Assembly (NCBI GenBank): GCA_964016885.1 | Contig: CAXHJY010000631.1 | Coordinates: 1 to 60,759 of the forward strand | DNA length: 60,759 nucleotides | Reading direction: 5' to 3' | Origin: Eledone cirrhosa | Taxonomy: Eukaryota | In this document: piece after piece, positions 60,755 through 60,759 of the stretch | Numbering within the stretch: position 1 is the stretch's first letter | How the letters are laid out: each line of letters starts with the position of its first letter | Position numbers and translations under genes: made by a program | The notes under the pieces: generated by a model | Database searches by the model: none | The model's input: the letters and a program-made list of their open reading frames with translations, nothing else | Told to the model about the DNA's origin: nothing

Positions 60755-60759
60755 GGAGA

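Overview
This is very AT-rich eukaryotic DNA saturated with (TA)n and other microsatellites. The tRNA-derived SINEs match the OK/OR-type families I recall from octopod cephalopods, so an octopus-like genome is inferred. Only one convincing host coding segment is visible: a terminal exon (23517-23974, +) for a poly-Ala/Ser transcription-factor-like C-terminus ending [15 protein letters not shown]. The rest is microsatellite, minisatellite and transposon debris (SINEs, RTE LINE pieces and bipartite RTE derivatives, Tc1/mariner and hAT MITE fragments). The most striking signal is a set of short fold-back (palindromic) elements in (TA)n tracts. Several carry minimal type I hammerhead ribozyme cores (CUGANGA...GAAA...UH), and their fold point often lies in or next to the ribozyme, as expected for Penelope-like retroelement pLTR derivatives. 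Their arms co-vary copy by copy, which suggests the mirror arm is re-synthesised at each insertion. A nested cluster of them forms a ~1 kb inverted repeat just upstream of the transcription-factor exon. Almost all ORFs in the supplied track are microsatellite artefacts.
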